From NCBI GenBank assembly GCA_021613535.1, contig CP075493.1:10850001-10914000 (forward strand): a stretch of 64,000 bases of DNA, written 5' to 3'. A model generated the notes under the pieces. It made no database searches. It was not told where the DNA came from and saw nothing but the letters and a program-made list of their open reading frames with translations. Position 1 is the stretch's first letter. Every line of letters starts with the position of its first letter. This document shows, in pieces, positions 47,804 to 59,811 of this stretch. Source of the stretch: Adineta vaga (lineage: Eukaryota > Animalia > Rotifera). A program made the translations under genes and the position numbers.

Positions 47804-50530
47804 TCAATGTGTACTTGTTTCTATGTTGGTAACTATTTCTTGTAGAATGTTTTGGACGATACAAATAATTTGTACTTGAGCGAGACTATTTTCATATCCA
47901 TGCAGATACGGATGATTTTGAGGTAAAACACGTCGTCCTATTTCTACAGCTTGTCCAGAATATGGAAGTGCTTTTGAGTATTCACCCATGATCCAGTACA
48001 TTACACCAATGTGATTGTAGGTGTTTGCTGTATCTGGATGATCTGCTGGAAGAATAATTTTTCTGATTTCAAGTGTTTTCTCAAAAAACTCCAATGCTTT
48101 TGAATGATTTGTTAAGTTCATATGCACCAAGGCAATACTATTGAGAAGATGACCCATTACTGGATCATGCGGAGGTAATGTATGCTGAGCAAGTTTCAAT
48201 GCACGTTCATAAAAAGGGAGCGCTTTCGCATATTCACCTATGTTCCAATATAACAAACCAATATTACTGTAAGCAGCAAATAGATCTGGCTCATTTGCAG
48301 AGACCGTTGCTTGCTTGATTTCAACTGATTTTTCCATGAATTCTATCGCTTTGGGAATATTTCCCATGGTAGTATGTAGTAAACTAATGTTATTGTACAT
48401 TATACTTAAGTCTGGATGATTGGCTGGAAGAGACTTTAAACTAACTTCAAGTGATTTTTGATAATATTCAAGTCCTTTTGGAAAATCTCCCATATTGGAA
48501 TAGACTAAACCAATATTATTGTAAGTAGTAGAAAAACTAGGATGATTCGATGGTAATGATTTCTGTTTAATGCCAAGCTCTGTTTGGAAAGCGTCGAGTG
48601 CTTTGGATAATTGTCCCATATTGCAATGCAGCAAGCCAATACTATTATAAATAAGAGCTAAGTCTGGATGATTTGGAGGAAGAATTTTTTGTTGAATTTC
48701 AAGTGTTTTTTCATACGCATGAATTGCTTTTGAATACTCTTGAATCCGATAATGAATATCACCCATATTATCATTAACAGTAGCTAAATCTGAATGATCT
48801 TTTGAAAGAGATTGCATACAAATTTCACGTGATTTTTCATAGAATTCAAGCGCTTTTGCATACTCTCCCAGATGATTATATGCTGCTGCGATATAACTGC
48901 AAGTCTCAACCATCAGATTTTGCTCGGAAGGAAGAATCGTTTTTCCTAGTTCAAATGATTTCTGATAGAATTCCAATGCCTTCGAATAGTTTGTCATAAT
49001 GTCATGTGTACGACCGATACTGTTGTAAGTATTGATTAGATTAGATGGTTTCGAATGAGGGTATTTTTGTCGAATTTCAAGCGATTTCATATACAATTCC
49101 AGTGCTTCTTTATAATTTCCTGTGCTAAATTTAATATCTCCAAGATGAAAATAGAACGAAGCATGCATTTTTTCGTCATCATGGAATGTTTCTTTGAGTA
49201 AGACATGAAAAATTTCTTCAGCTTTATCAAAATTTCCCATTTTAATTAACAAATGACCTAATTGTTCCCATTTTGTTGATTTTGATGTTTCTTTTCGTAT
49301 ATATTCCGTTAATTGTTTCAGATCTTGATCATTATCATTAGTTAATGAAAGTCGTACACGCCATACGCGATCTTCAATCTGTTCGATTTCACCAATTCGA
49401 AATACAGTATGCATAGAAAATAAGATTTCTTCTTCGGCAGGAATTGCACTCACTTCTTTAATTGGAGCAAATGGTGTTGTAGAAATAGATGGATCTACTG
49501 TAATATGAAAGAGAACACCAACTGTACCAGGTTTTTTCAGTGATTTTTTAGCGAATTGTAACGAAACAATTTCGTCCAGACTAGTTGATAAAAATGTATT
49601 AAAAGCCAATAAACCATCTTTTTTGTTTCTAATCTCATCAAAGTCATCATTTGGCATACCTTTTCCTCGATAGACATTAATTAAATTGTTTTTATCGATA
49701 TGTGAATGTAGTTTTTCCAAATGTCGATGAACATCCCGTAAGAAAAAACCCATCTTAAGAATAACTTCCACATCTTGTATACGTAGTGCTCGATTTAGTA
49801 ATTGATAAGTAAAACATTCACAAGTGTACCACCATATAGGTGTATGAAGATGATAATCTCGTTCAAAGTCATCAATAATTTTCAATTCATGTGGATTATT
49901 ATGAAATTGTTGTCGACAAAATACAACAAGTTCCATTTTAGCTTTCTCATCATATTCCATATCGAGAAGGATTTCTTTCAATAATTGTGTATACATAAAT
50001 GATGGTTCAAGACGATCCACATCTTTACTTGTTACACTAATCGTTATAGAATCTTGATTACATTGTTGAGTATCTCGTTTAAGTGCGTCACAAATACTCT
50101 TAATCTCATTAAAAACACCTTTGACTTTTGACCATTCCAATAGCCATTGTTTATATTTCGACGTATTAATACAAAATATATAGATAGAATCAAGTTGAGT
50201 TATTTGATGAATACGTGGAATGACTGATTGACTTAACGAGCCCGATATCAATATAAATGCCTTTTCAGTTTTTATTTGACTAAGAAAATTCATGCATAGA
50301 TCAGGATCAGAAAATGTATTGATTGTATTGACGATTTGTCGAAGTTGGAGAAGTGAATTTTTAACATCGAAGTCATCTTCATTCATATTCAAATCTAACC
50401 AAAGTAGAATGAAATTTTGAACAATACGAACTGGTCGTAAGCTTGTAGGATTGTTGGTTTCAACTATTTCTAAATCGATTGAATCAGATAAAACTGATGG
50501 TTTCAAACATTTCGAAATCCAGCGTCCCAT
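47804..50530 (-). CDS. Arginine-specific (R-S-E) ADP-ribosyltransferase + TPR-repeat protein
   Basis: PIWWYT..LNRALR, VYRG, FLSTS, EEEILF, then about 11 kinesin-light-chain/NPHP3-type 42-aa TPRs (LP.NHPDLA..YNNIG). Confidence 0.92.
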   Translation of the reverse strand: MGRWISKCLKPSVLSDSIDLEIVETNNPTSLRPVRIVQNFILLWLDLNMNEDDFDVKNSLLQLRQIVNTINTFSDPDLCMNFLSQIKTEKAFILISGSLSQSVIPRIHQITQLDSIYIFCINTSKYKQWLLEWSKVKGVFNEIKSICDALKRDTQQCNQDSITISVTSKDVDRLEPSFMYTQLLKEILLDMEYDEKAKMELVVFCRQQFHNNPHELKIIDDFERDYHLHTPIWWYTCECFTYQLLNRALRIQDVEVILKMGFFLRDVHRHLEKLHSHIDKNNLINVYRGKGMPNDDFDEIRNKKDGLLAFNTFLSTSLDEIVSLQFAKKSLKKPGTVGVLFHITVDPSISTTPFAPIKEVSAIPAEEEILFSMHTVFRIGEIEQIEDRVWRVRLSLTNDNDQDLKQLTEYIRKETSKSTKWEQLGHLLIKMGNFDKAEEIFHVLLKETFHDDEKMHASFYFHLGDIKFSTGNYKEALELYMKSLEIRQKYPHSKPSNLINTYNSIGRTHDIMTNYSKALEFYQKSFELGKTILPSEQNLMVETCSYIAAAYNHLGEYAKALEFYEKSREICMQSLSKDHSDLATVNDNMGDIHYRIQEYSKAIHAYEKTLEIQQKILPPNHPDLALIYNSIGLLHCNMGQLSKALDAFQTELGIKQKSLPSNHPSFSTTYNNIGLVYSNMGDFPKGLEYYQKSLEVSLKSLPANHPDLSIMYNNISLLHTTMGNIPKAIEFMEKSVEIKQATVSANEPDLFAAYSNIGLLYWNIGEYAKALPFYERALKLAQHTLPPHDPVMGHLLNSIALVHMNLTNHSKALEFFEKTLEIRKIILPADHPDTANTYNHIGVMYWIMGEYSKALPYSGQAVEIGRRVLPQNHPYLHGYENSLAQVQIICIVQNILQEIVTNIETSTH

Positions 50531-51137
50531 GTTGTTAATTGACTCACTAATATAATTATATGCGATATTTTATTTTCTCCACGTGTATAATAGAAAAGAA
50601 CACATAAGAGAAAGGAAAAACAGTCAATCGAATCCTTTTCTGTTTATATTTGATAATCAAGGTTATATTCATTATTGATAATATTCATCAAAACATCTCA
50701 ATAAGTTTCGTAACTCGTTTATTTTAAACTACAACATTCTTCTCGTACAGCAGATTTAAAAATGTTTTTTTTTATCCGATATAAGAAAGATATGAAAACG
50801 AAAATAGTTCTATTTGTAGTGACTTTATTTTAGTATGTCAAAACTTGCAAGATGAATTTTTTTCTGTTATTTACATGGGCAAATATAATTCAAGTAAAAA
50901 AGACGATTGTGTTCTTCGACATTTTGGACGATGCATGATGACGTCGAATATGTCAAAATGCGTCAGACGTAAAACAAATAAAACCTTTTTTTTTCAAGTA
51001 TTTCTTTTCTCTCGTGTTGAATATTGTACGTCAGCAACGCAACATATATTGGTTGGAAACCAAACATCATTGATCGATATATAAGAAGATGTATGTTTCA
51101 ATCATTTTCTCTATATACTTGATTATATAAGAATAAG

Positions 51138-52495
51138 ATGGCAACAACAAAATTATATGAAAATGAAAGTTAGTATATATGTAAAAGAATACAATAAAAT
51201 AAGAATGAATTGTATTATTTCTAGATCGTATTCATCCAATGAAAACGGATCAGCCAACAAGAATTCCAAGTAATTGACAAAAAGCTAGTGTTTGAATCAA
51301 AGAATTTCTCTTATTTTTAGTAAATGATGATTCAAAGCAATCAAACGAGAATGACTTTGATCTATGTGGATGGATATTAATTATTTGTTCATATATTCTT
51401 ATTGTGATAACATTTCCAGTGACAGTTTTTTTTTGTATTAATGTTTGTATAAGAAGAATTCCTGTTTCGAACAAAAAAATTAGATGATATTTTTGCTTTT
51501 AGGTTGTTCAAGAATATGAACGAGCGGTTATTTTTCGTCTTGGTCGAATTTTACAAGGTTTGTCTATTGTCTCATCCGATTCGTTGATTGTAATAAGAGA
51601 AATATTTTTATTTTAGGTGGTGCTAAAGGTCCTGGTCTATTTTTTATTGTTCCTTGTGTAGATAAAATTGTTAAAGTTGATTTACGAACATCAACATTTA
51701 ATGTTCCACCTCAAGAAGTACATTTATTTTTTTATATTGAATATTATTTCATCGGGTTAATTATAGGTTTTAACACGTGATTCAGTAACAGTCGCAGTAG
51801 ATGCTGTTGTTTATAGTCGCATTATTGATCCAGTAAGAAGTCTTTTTTTTTATGAACAATTTGTATATCATTTGATTTAGGTTTCTTCTGTAACTCGAGT
51901 TTCTAATGTTCATTCTGCTACTCAGTTACTTGCACAAACATCATTACGTAACATGATTGGAACAAAAACATTACAAGAGATTTTAAGTGATCGAGAAGCA
52001 ATTGCTGATATGATGGAAGTTCATTTGGATGAAGGAACGGTAGCATGGGGTATTAAAGTTGAACGTGTTGAAATGTATGTTTCTTTTGTTGTAAAGATTC
52101 TCTTATCGAATGGTTTTGATTCATACTTTTTTGTAGTACGGATGTTCGCTTACCACAATCGATGCAACGATCAATGGCTGCAGAAGCTGAAGCAAGTCGA
52201 GAAGCTCGTGCAAAAGTGATCGCTGCTGAAGGTGAACAAAAAGCATCAAGACAATTGAAAGAAGCTGCTGATGTTATTTCTTCATCACCTGTAGCATTAC
52301 AATTACGTTATTTACAAACATTAACACAAATTGCTGCTGAAAAAAATTCAACTATTGTTTTTCCAATTCCTAGTTAGTTTTCTTTTTTTTAAATGTACTT
52401 TTAAACATAATTTTTCCTTTGATTTAGTTGAATTACTCAATTTAGTTAAACAGCCACAAGGCCGATCGAATCGATTAACTGATATACTCAATTGA
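51138..52495 (+). CDS. Stomatin/band 7 (SPFH) family protein, multi-exon
   Basis: Spliced [36 protein letters not shown]|[67 protein letters not shown]. Confidence 0.95.
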
Positions 52496-53159
52496 GAACT
52501 CGCATGTACTTTTTTTTTAATTAAACAAATTTTTATATATCAACGATAATTATTGAATTTTAAAGGTGAAGATATCTTTTTTGTTCTTCCTAGACTTCGA
52601 AATGTCACTAGCTACTGAAATATATGATTTCGTATGTTAAACAGCAAACAGAAGGTTAATGGTGTTATTATTTTCTATTACATTAAGGAAAAGAAGAATG
52701 TGTTGTTTAAGAAAATTTTCTCGCTAATACAGACGCAATTGATTTTCAGATTTCAAACAACTTCATCAATGACATCGAAACTAAATGTGACAGTCTTCTC
52801 AATTATTACTTTTTTTTAATATCTTCATCACATATGTTGACATGATACTCAACAATAGCCTAGTCAAAAATTCATCGTGAAACTTATTAGAATATGCAAA
52901 TAACGTTAATACATTTTCTAAATAGGCTATTGCAAGATAATAGAGCTATACGAAATGATAATCTTTCTATTGTGTAAGAGCATGCAATTTACATTAGCCA
53001 ATTACGTAAGGTTATTAAACAAAAATCATACCTTTTGAAACAAGGAAATTCTATCGAAGACTTCAACTGGAATCACATGATAGTCATTAAATTAAACAGA
53101 AATTCTTATACATGACTATTTTTGCTGCTATGGAGAGCGACAGGATAGAGGGAAAATTT

Positions 53160-53219
53160 TAGGGATGCGCAGTTGCAGTTCAATTAATGGCAAACTACCA
53201 CCGATACTGTGCATCCCTA
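53160..53219. mobile_element. 60-bp hAT-type miniature inverted-repeat element (remnant)
   Basis: 14-bp terminal inverted repeats TAGGGATGCGCAGT / ACTGTGCATCCCTA (1 mismatch); the terminus matches the hAT (T/C)AGGGATG consensus; 8-bp flanks GAAAATTT / TATAATTT match at 6 of 8 positions. Confidence 0.6.
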
Positions 53220-53987
53220 TATAATTTGAAATAAATATGTGGTTCTACCTCAATAAGCAACAGAATAGAAAGAGAAAAAAAAAGTATCTTCCAGCAAGCT
53301 TATTATAAAATATGTTTGATTCTTGACAAGCTAGCATGTAGGTCGCGAAATTCGATTTACTAGTATAACGTGCGTTTGGAAAGAAAACAAAACAAAGGTA
53401 AGTGAAAAATAGAGACAACATGTTCGCATATACAATTTATATATATATGTATATATAATACGAACCTAATAGAAGTGAACTGTAATGTTTGTCACAAAAA
53501 GATATATTCAATAAATATTTAAACAATTGTCAAATATGAATATAGTTAACTGTAAGAGGTTTATTATATTCTATCCTTATCTTTATTCAAACATCATATT
53601 TTGATTTTCTAGTGAAATAAGTAACTTAATTAGATACAGGTCGTTTATTGAACAATAGATAGTTCTGTTGCCATTGGTTTTGTTGTACAATAATCTGCTC
53701 ATAACTGAGCAAATATTAGTACAAATTTCAAGGCGAATAATCTTTTAGAATGTTGAAGAATATGAAGGTTAGGACTATAGGAAAGGATCGGTAAAATATA
53801 CTTCTTACGAGTTTACTACCATATACCATCGGTTATATATAACGGTGACTCAAATTTTAAAATTATTCTTGTACATACCTTTATATATAAAAATTTATTA
53901 TAATAGATTTGATAGCAGCCAAGAACAATATTTACAGTAATATTATTACTTTGACTAGTAAATTTTAAAATATTACGTTTTTGATTA

Positions 53988-55595
53988 ATGGAATCAAAAG
54001 AGAGTTTATTTCACCGGATTATTCATTCATTCAAACCTGCATCTCGAATCGAAAATGAATCTATCGATATGAACAAATCAAATCAAGATAAAAATGACAA
54101 AAATAATACTGCAAAAGATGAAACGGGTTTACATCATTCATTGGAAAGTCGACATTTACAAATGATCGCTATTGGTGGGGCTATTGGCAGTGGACTTTTC
54201 GTTAGTTCAGGCACTGCTCTTTCAACTGGTGGTCCAGGTGCAGTTGTACTTGGTTATATTATCGTAGGTTGTATGCTGTACAATGTATGTATGGCTTTGG
54301 GAGAGCTTAGTGTTCTATTCCCCGTTCATGGCTCATTTACCACTTATTCTTCACGTTTTCTTGATCCAGCTTGGGGCTTTGCTATGGGTTGGAATTATGC
54401 AATTAATGGTTTAATCTTGTTACCGCTTGAATTAACGATCGTCGGTATGGTAATCAACTATTGGACAAAATCAATCAATATTGCCGTATGGATTACTGTT
54501 TTTCTAATCCTAATTCTTCTTATTCATTTGTTTGATGTGCGAGCATTTGGTGAAATTGAATACTTTCTCTCTATCATTAAAGTAATCGCTATTCTTGGAT
54601 TCAATATTCTTGCTGTTGTTGTTATTTTTGGAGGTGGTCCAAATCATGAATATTTTGGATTAAAGTATTGGTACAACCCAGGTACATTTGCTCATGGATT
54701 CAAAGGATTCTGCTCTGTTTTTGTCACAGCTAGCTTTAGTTTTGCTAGCATTGAACTAGTAGGATTAGCTTCAGCTGAAAGCATAGATCCTCAAAAGGCC
54801 GTTCCTCGTGCTATAAAACAAGTGTTTTGGAGAATTACATTACTCTATATCATATCTCTAGCTCTAGTGTGTTGTTTGGTACCATATAATTCACCACGTC
54901 TTCTTCATAGAACATCAAAATATGACGCATCCGCTTCACCTTTCGTGATAGCATTAGAAAATGCAGGTATAGAAAAGTTATCCTCTGTATTTAATGCCGT
55001 GATTATTTGTGCTATTCTCTCGGTGGGAAATTGTGCAGTTTATGCAGTATCTCGAACACTTTGTGCGCTTGCTGAACATCAACAAGCACCGAACATATTC
55101 GCCTATATTGATCGTAAAGGTCGTCCACTATCGGCTATTATTCTGTCAATGCTTATGGGACTAATGGCATATATAAACTGTGCGAATATTGGTGTTGAGA
55201 TGTTCAATTGGTTATTGTCTTTTTCTGGTTTATCTTGTTTTTTCACTTGGGGATCGATATGTGCATGTCATATTATGTTTCGATTAGCATGGAAAGCACA
55301 AGGTCATAGCTTAGACGAACTTACGTTTGCGGCACCATTCGGTATATGGGGAAGTATATTTGGTCTTCTAGTAAATATTCTGTGTCTCATTGCTCAATTC
55401 TATGTATCAATATCTCCAATAGATGCTCAGCCAAGTGCTAAATTATTTTTTCAAGCTTATCTTAGTGCTCCCATTATTTTTATTTTTTATATTGTTTGGA
55501 AAGTATGGAAGAGATCACCGTTTATGCGACCAAGTACTATCGATTTAGTTACTGGAAGATGTTTTGTTGAAACTCAACAACTTATTCCTAAATAA
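53988..55595 (+). CDS. Amino-acid permease, APC superfamily, fungal YAT (Gap1-like) type, intronless
   Basis: LESRHLQMIAIGGAIGSGLFV, RFLDPAWGFAMGWNY, FGEIEY, AIKQVFWRI, ASPFVIA, IDRKGRP, FRLAWKAQG..LDEL.F, IDLVTGR. Confidence 0.93.
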   Translation: MESKESLFHRIIHSFKPASRIENESIDMNKSNQDKNDKNNTAKDETGLHHSLESRHLQMIAIGGAIGSGLFVSSGTALSTGGPGAVVLGYIIVGCMLYNVCMALGELSVLFPVHGSFTTYSSRFLDPAWGFAMGWNYAINGLILLPLELTIVGMVINYWTKSINIAVWITVFLILILLIHLFDVRAFGEIEYFLSIIKVIAILGFNILAVVVIFGGGPNHEYFGLKYWYNPGTFAHGFKGFCSVFVTASFSFASIELVGLASAESIDPQKAVPRAIKQVFWRITLLYIISLALVCCLVPYNSPRLLHRTSKYDASASPFVIALENAGIEKLSSVFNAVIICAILSVGNCAVYAVSRTLCALAEHQQAPNIFAYIDRKGRPLSAIILSMLMGLMAYINCANIGVEMFNWLLSFSGLSCFFTWGSICACHIMFRLAWKAQGHSLDELTFAAPFGIWGSIFGLLVNILCLIAQFYVSISPIDAQPSAKLFFQAYLSAPIIFIFYIVWKVWKRSPFMRPSTIDLVTGRCFVETQQLIPK

Positions 55596-55733
55596 AACTA
55601 ATAAATAAACGAATTTATTTCACATCTTTTAATAAGATTTTAGACAAGCTTGACAAATATAACCAAACATTGAAAAGTCTGTATGTACATAGGATTCCAG
55701 AAATAATCTTTTACTATCTTTTAAACTCTACAA

Positions 55734-56782
55734 TTAGTTGTGTACGGGAGTATTGATAATTGAATCAATAATGGCTGGCATAATGCGATGTTTACAACAA
55801 TGACGATGACAATGAAAAAGTTTCATCAATTCAGATCGAAATGTTCGTGATGTCAATGTATACAAATAAAATGTTGTTACACCAAATAGATAAAGCATTA
55901 ATTCCGCTAGAAATAATACAAATTTTTCAATAGCTAGATATTCAGCGGATCGATTTGTAATTGTAACTGATATTGTACTAAAAATGAGATTACCCATTTG
56001 AGGAAGCGTAAATATGACATAACAAATGATCTGTACGAATAACATGCGAAGTACTTGTTGATCAAGTGAATTATGGTGTGCATTACCAAGAACTAGTTGC
56101 ATTCTACGTTGTTGACGAAGAGCAAGATTTTGACGAATATAATAGGCACAAGTACTCATTGTTATCGTTGGAAATAGACCAACTGCAAAGATAACGTATG
56201 CAGTATGATAGAAAGCTGCGCCTATATTATTTACGATACCACACAAAGTTCCTTTGATTTCATAAAATATAAGTCTATGAATACAAATGATCGACCAGAT
56301 AAGAATAATAATAGGAATAATGCGATAGGCAATCTTTGGCTTAGCAAAATTTCTTAGTCGAATATTCATTGATGTTGAAGCAAAACGATCAATACAAGCA
56401 AAAGCAATAAACCAACGAGATAGAATGATACTTATTTGAAATAGATAACCACGTATTTTACAAAATAAAAGTGATTGTGTTTGTGGATCAGGATTATTGA
56501 GACTATGAAGTAGGGATCCAAGACCAACACTTAATGTAACTAAATGACCAACAGATGCTGCAAAAAAATCTAAGCATAGAAGAAAAATAATTATCTTCAT
56601 TGATAATTTTTTCTTCGACACTTACAAATACAACAAGAACTTGAACGCAATGGTCGGCGAGAAAAAACGATAAGATTAAATAAACATCCAACAGTACCAA
56701 ATATAAGCCACAGAGGACAAACATAAAGAATTAATTGTTTTTGAATTGTAGTCAATGAACTAATCAAATTTGATGTTGACAT
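55734..56782 (-). CDS. Rhodopsin-like 7TM GPCR (2 exons)
   Basis: FGTVGCLFNLIVF..LRSSSCCIY|FFAAS, FCKIRGY, ACIDRF, FYLYTLTSRTFRSEL. Confidence 0.88.
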
Positions 56783-57247
56783 ATCTATGCAAGACGTGTC
56801 TCTCTCCAATAAATAGAAAGTGAAAAATATTTTTGTTACAGCTTTAACTTTTAATCTTCATTTCTTTTATTCATGATGCTCATTGACGTCATTATAAATA
56901 GAGTATACACGCACTCATTAATCTGGTTTAAGATAACCGTATATCTAACTCATTTTCTCTCTATATTATAGATTGAGACTAATTCTAATATTTTCTGACA
57001 AATCTGAGATTTCCTATTCATGAATGTCATTGGAAAAGGATTTGGATCACATTATTGTTCTTAATCTTTATCCTCCCACATGCATGGATCGTATTTCTAG
57101 TCTTGATTTATTTGTATCAATGTAATTGATGTTAAAAATGTATTTTTTTCTGATCCTCTAGAAGAACCTCGCCTACTCTTAAGAATTCGTTTGATATGTT
57201 TTTTAAATAAGAGAGACCAATAACTTAGAAACGAATTATATTATAGA

Positions 57248-59323
57248 TCAAAATTCATAGTATGAGTATACGATCAAAAAAAGAAAAAGAGACATCGACA
57301 TGGATATTCGATATGTCGCTGCAGTGCTAGGCTGTGAGGCAGTATAGTTCAATCCATATAAGTGTAACCATTTGAGTTCTTCCCGAATCTTGATCTTTGC
57401 ATGCCAAGGATTAAAATCGAGTAGATGTCCTTCGTAGGGAAGAAGTAAAAGTTGTACCGGTACACCAAGGTAATGAAGTCCACGTTCTAAAATCCTACTT
57501 TGACTAACGGGCACGCGAACGTCATTATTTCCAGAGACGATATGAGTAGGTGTACGAATTTTATGTAACTGATATATGGCTGATTCAGTTTGATATGTCT
57601 GTGGTGTAACCCAAGGAAATCCTCCGAAAATATCATCAAAAATCACCGGTAAATCGGTCATACCCCAGTAAGAGACTTGCTCGACGGCACCGGCACCTGA
57701 TAGAGCAGCGTTGAAACGAGTTGTTTGAGTGATTAACCAATTGGTTAGAAATCCTCCATAGCTATAACCACCGATACTCAGTTTCGTACGATCCACAATG
57801 CCATCTTCGATTAAACGATCGACCCCAAAAAGAATGTCGGCTCCTGGTCGTGATAACGGTCGAGAACGAATTTCGTTCAAAAACTGATCTCCGTAACCGG
57901 TCGATCCTCGATAATTGGGTTCGAATACCAGCCAACCCTCACTCGCAGCCATCGGTGCCCACGTATACCAGCTACCTATAAAATGATTGGAACTGGCATC
58001 GTTGGGTCCACCGTGAATGAGGACTAGTAGTGGTAGATTTTTGTCTTGAAATTTTCCAGGTGGATACCACAAAAGTCCTTCGATCGTTCGTTGATCGTCT
58101 CCATTGATCCATTGATAAACTTGACACTGAGGAAGTTCAATCTGTTCGTATTGTCTATTTTCACTGGTAATCGCTTCGGTTGTATTTAACTGAGTGATAT
58201 CGTGGATAAAGTAGACTTCTTGAGCTTTGGAAAAAGAAGTAAAAACGAACGCAATCGAGTTAGTGGCGGATGATGCTATAAGCTGATAACTTCCATCGAA
58301 GCCACGATGACAAAGAGAAGTATTGTCAGGAGATGTTTGAGAATAGATCTGTACGTTAGTTCCCAATTGGCCAAGAAAATAAATCCCACCGTTGGATTTT
58401 GTCGTGTATTTGAGAATATTTCCATTGAAATCGCTTCCCCAACGTTCAACTAGACCGGTGTCCACATGAAGAGAGTAAAGCCGTTGCTGTGTTGTATTCG
58501 ATGTACTTAATGAAAAAATGTGAAATACGATTCGTTTCTGATCTGTTGTGAATTGAAGATTCTGTTTCATAGATTGATCATTCGTCAGTTTGATCGGAGC
58601 AGATCGTTTTTCCAAATCAATAGAGTAGATCTGTAGCATGTCTGTATTTTCTAATACACTGGACACGGAAGTGAAGAAGAGTTTTCTTTTACTTGAACTA
58701 TACAATAGTTCACCAATAAGAAAAGGAAGATGAACAATATCGGTTGGAGACGACGACGTGCTGTTGTTTATGGTAATTCGACGTATAATACACGTTGGAG
58801 TTGCTCGATATTGCTGAACATCTTTCCATTCGGGATCCTCAGTCGTATTAAAAATCATCGTCGCATAATAGAGAGCAGAATCATTCTCTGCCCACGCCAT
58901 AGCCAGTGGAAAATCCGTTCCGATGCGCACGATGGTCGTAGTTTCTGACTCAATGGAATAAACATAGATGCTTTGTTGTATTTGTCTGGAATCAATTCTG
59001 TTCTGTGTCAAAATATACTTCAGTAGAAAAGCCACTCGACTGCCACTGGGAGACCATTGAGGTTTTACACTTTCATAAAGTTGATCAGTGAGGAGCTTTC
59101 GCTGACGTTCCGCGGTTTGATAGAGCCATAAGCTGTTCTGGAAGGAATTGGAATTCCATGCTGGACGTTTAGTATGCACAAGAAGGTGTTCACCATTCGG
59201 TGACAAACTCAATGAGCGAAAGTTTGTATAATCTGAAAATGTATCCAAAGTCAACGTTGATTTGCTCTCGATGGAAGACAATGCAATGGAGGAGACAAAG
59301 AAAAAAACGAGAGAAACTTGCAT
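57248..59323 (-). CDS. S9-family (prolyl oligopeptidase / acylaminoacyl peptidase-like) serine peptidase, secreted with hydrophobic C-terminal tail
   Basis: Signal peptide, beta-propeller (WSPSG), IHGGP, PNYRGSTGYG, nucleophile GYSYGG, D in NDVRVP, H in EGH. Confidence 0.92.
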   Translation of the reverse strand: MQVSLVFFFVSSIALSSIESKSTLTLDTFSDYTNFRSLSLSPNGEHLLVHTKRPAWNSNSFQNSLWLYQTAERQRKLLTDQLYESVKPQWSPSGSRVAFLLKYILTQNRIDSRQIQQSIYVYSIESETTTIVRIGTDFPLAMAWAENDSALYYATMIFNTTEDPEWKDVQQYRATPTCIIRRITINNSTSSSPTDIVHLPFLIGELLYSSSKRKLFFTSVSSVLENTDMLQIYSIDLEKRSAPIKLTNDQSMKQNLQFTTDQKRIVFHIFSLSTSNTTQQRLYSLHVDTGLVERWGSDFNGNILKYTTKSNGGIYFLGQLGTNVQIYSQTSPDNTSLCHRGFDGSYQLIASSATNSIAFVFTSFSKAQEVYFIHDITQLNTTEAITSENRQYEQIELPQCQVYQWINGDDQRTIEGLLWYPPGKFQDKNLPLLVLIHGGPNDASSNHFIGSWYTWAPMAASEGWLVFEPNYRGSTGYGDQFLNEIRSRPLSRPGADILFGVDRLIEDGIVDRTKLSIGGYSYGGFLTNWLITQTTRFNAALSGAGAVEQVSYWGMTDLPVIFDDIFGGFPWVTPQTYQTESAIYQLHKIRTPTHIVSGNNDVRVPVSQSRILERGLHYLGVPVQLLLLPYEGHLLDFNPWHAKIKIREELKWLHLYGLNYTASQPSTAATYRISMSMSLFLFLIVYSYYEF

Positions 59324-59811
59324 TTTGGTTGTTCGAATGTTAAAGGAGGAGTGGATGTATTAATCGGTAACTTTTCGTTCTCACGAATATCATCAAACGA
59401 TAGAATGCAATCAATTGCCTTTCAGTCAACAGTGCTTTTATCTCGATGGTTATATTATTAATCCAACAAAGCGCTTACGAAGTTCTTATCCAGATAATAA
59501 AATCTGTCATTTTTATGTTTTTTGATAAGCAAAGCATTTCTCTCTCTCAACGCGTTTACATACATACACAGACAAGCAAACGTCCACGCTCCCTCCTCAC
59601 ACTCATCCTTCTCCTCAATCTTATGTGTATGGATTAGAAGTATAACCAATCTCTAACCTTTATAACGTAACTAATACGTCATACTGTATTATAGATAAAC
59701 ACTGTCGTATCTAAAATAATTGTTTCGAAGGCTTCATTTTATTGTGAGAAAGGATGACAGTTGTGTAACTTTTCTCGTGATCGCAAAAGAAAAGTTTCGT
59801 AATGTGAGTGA

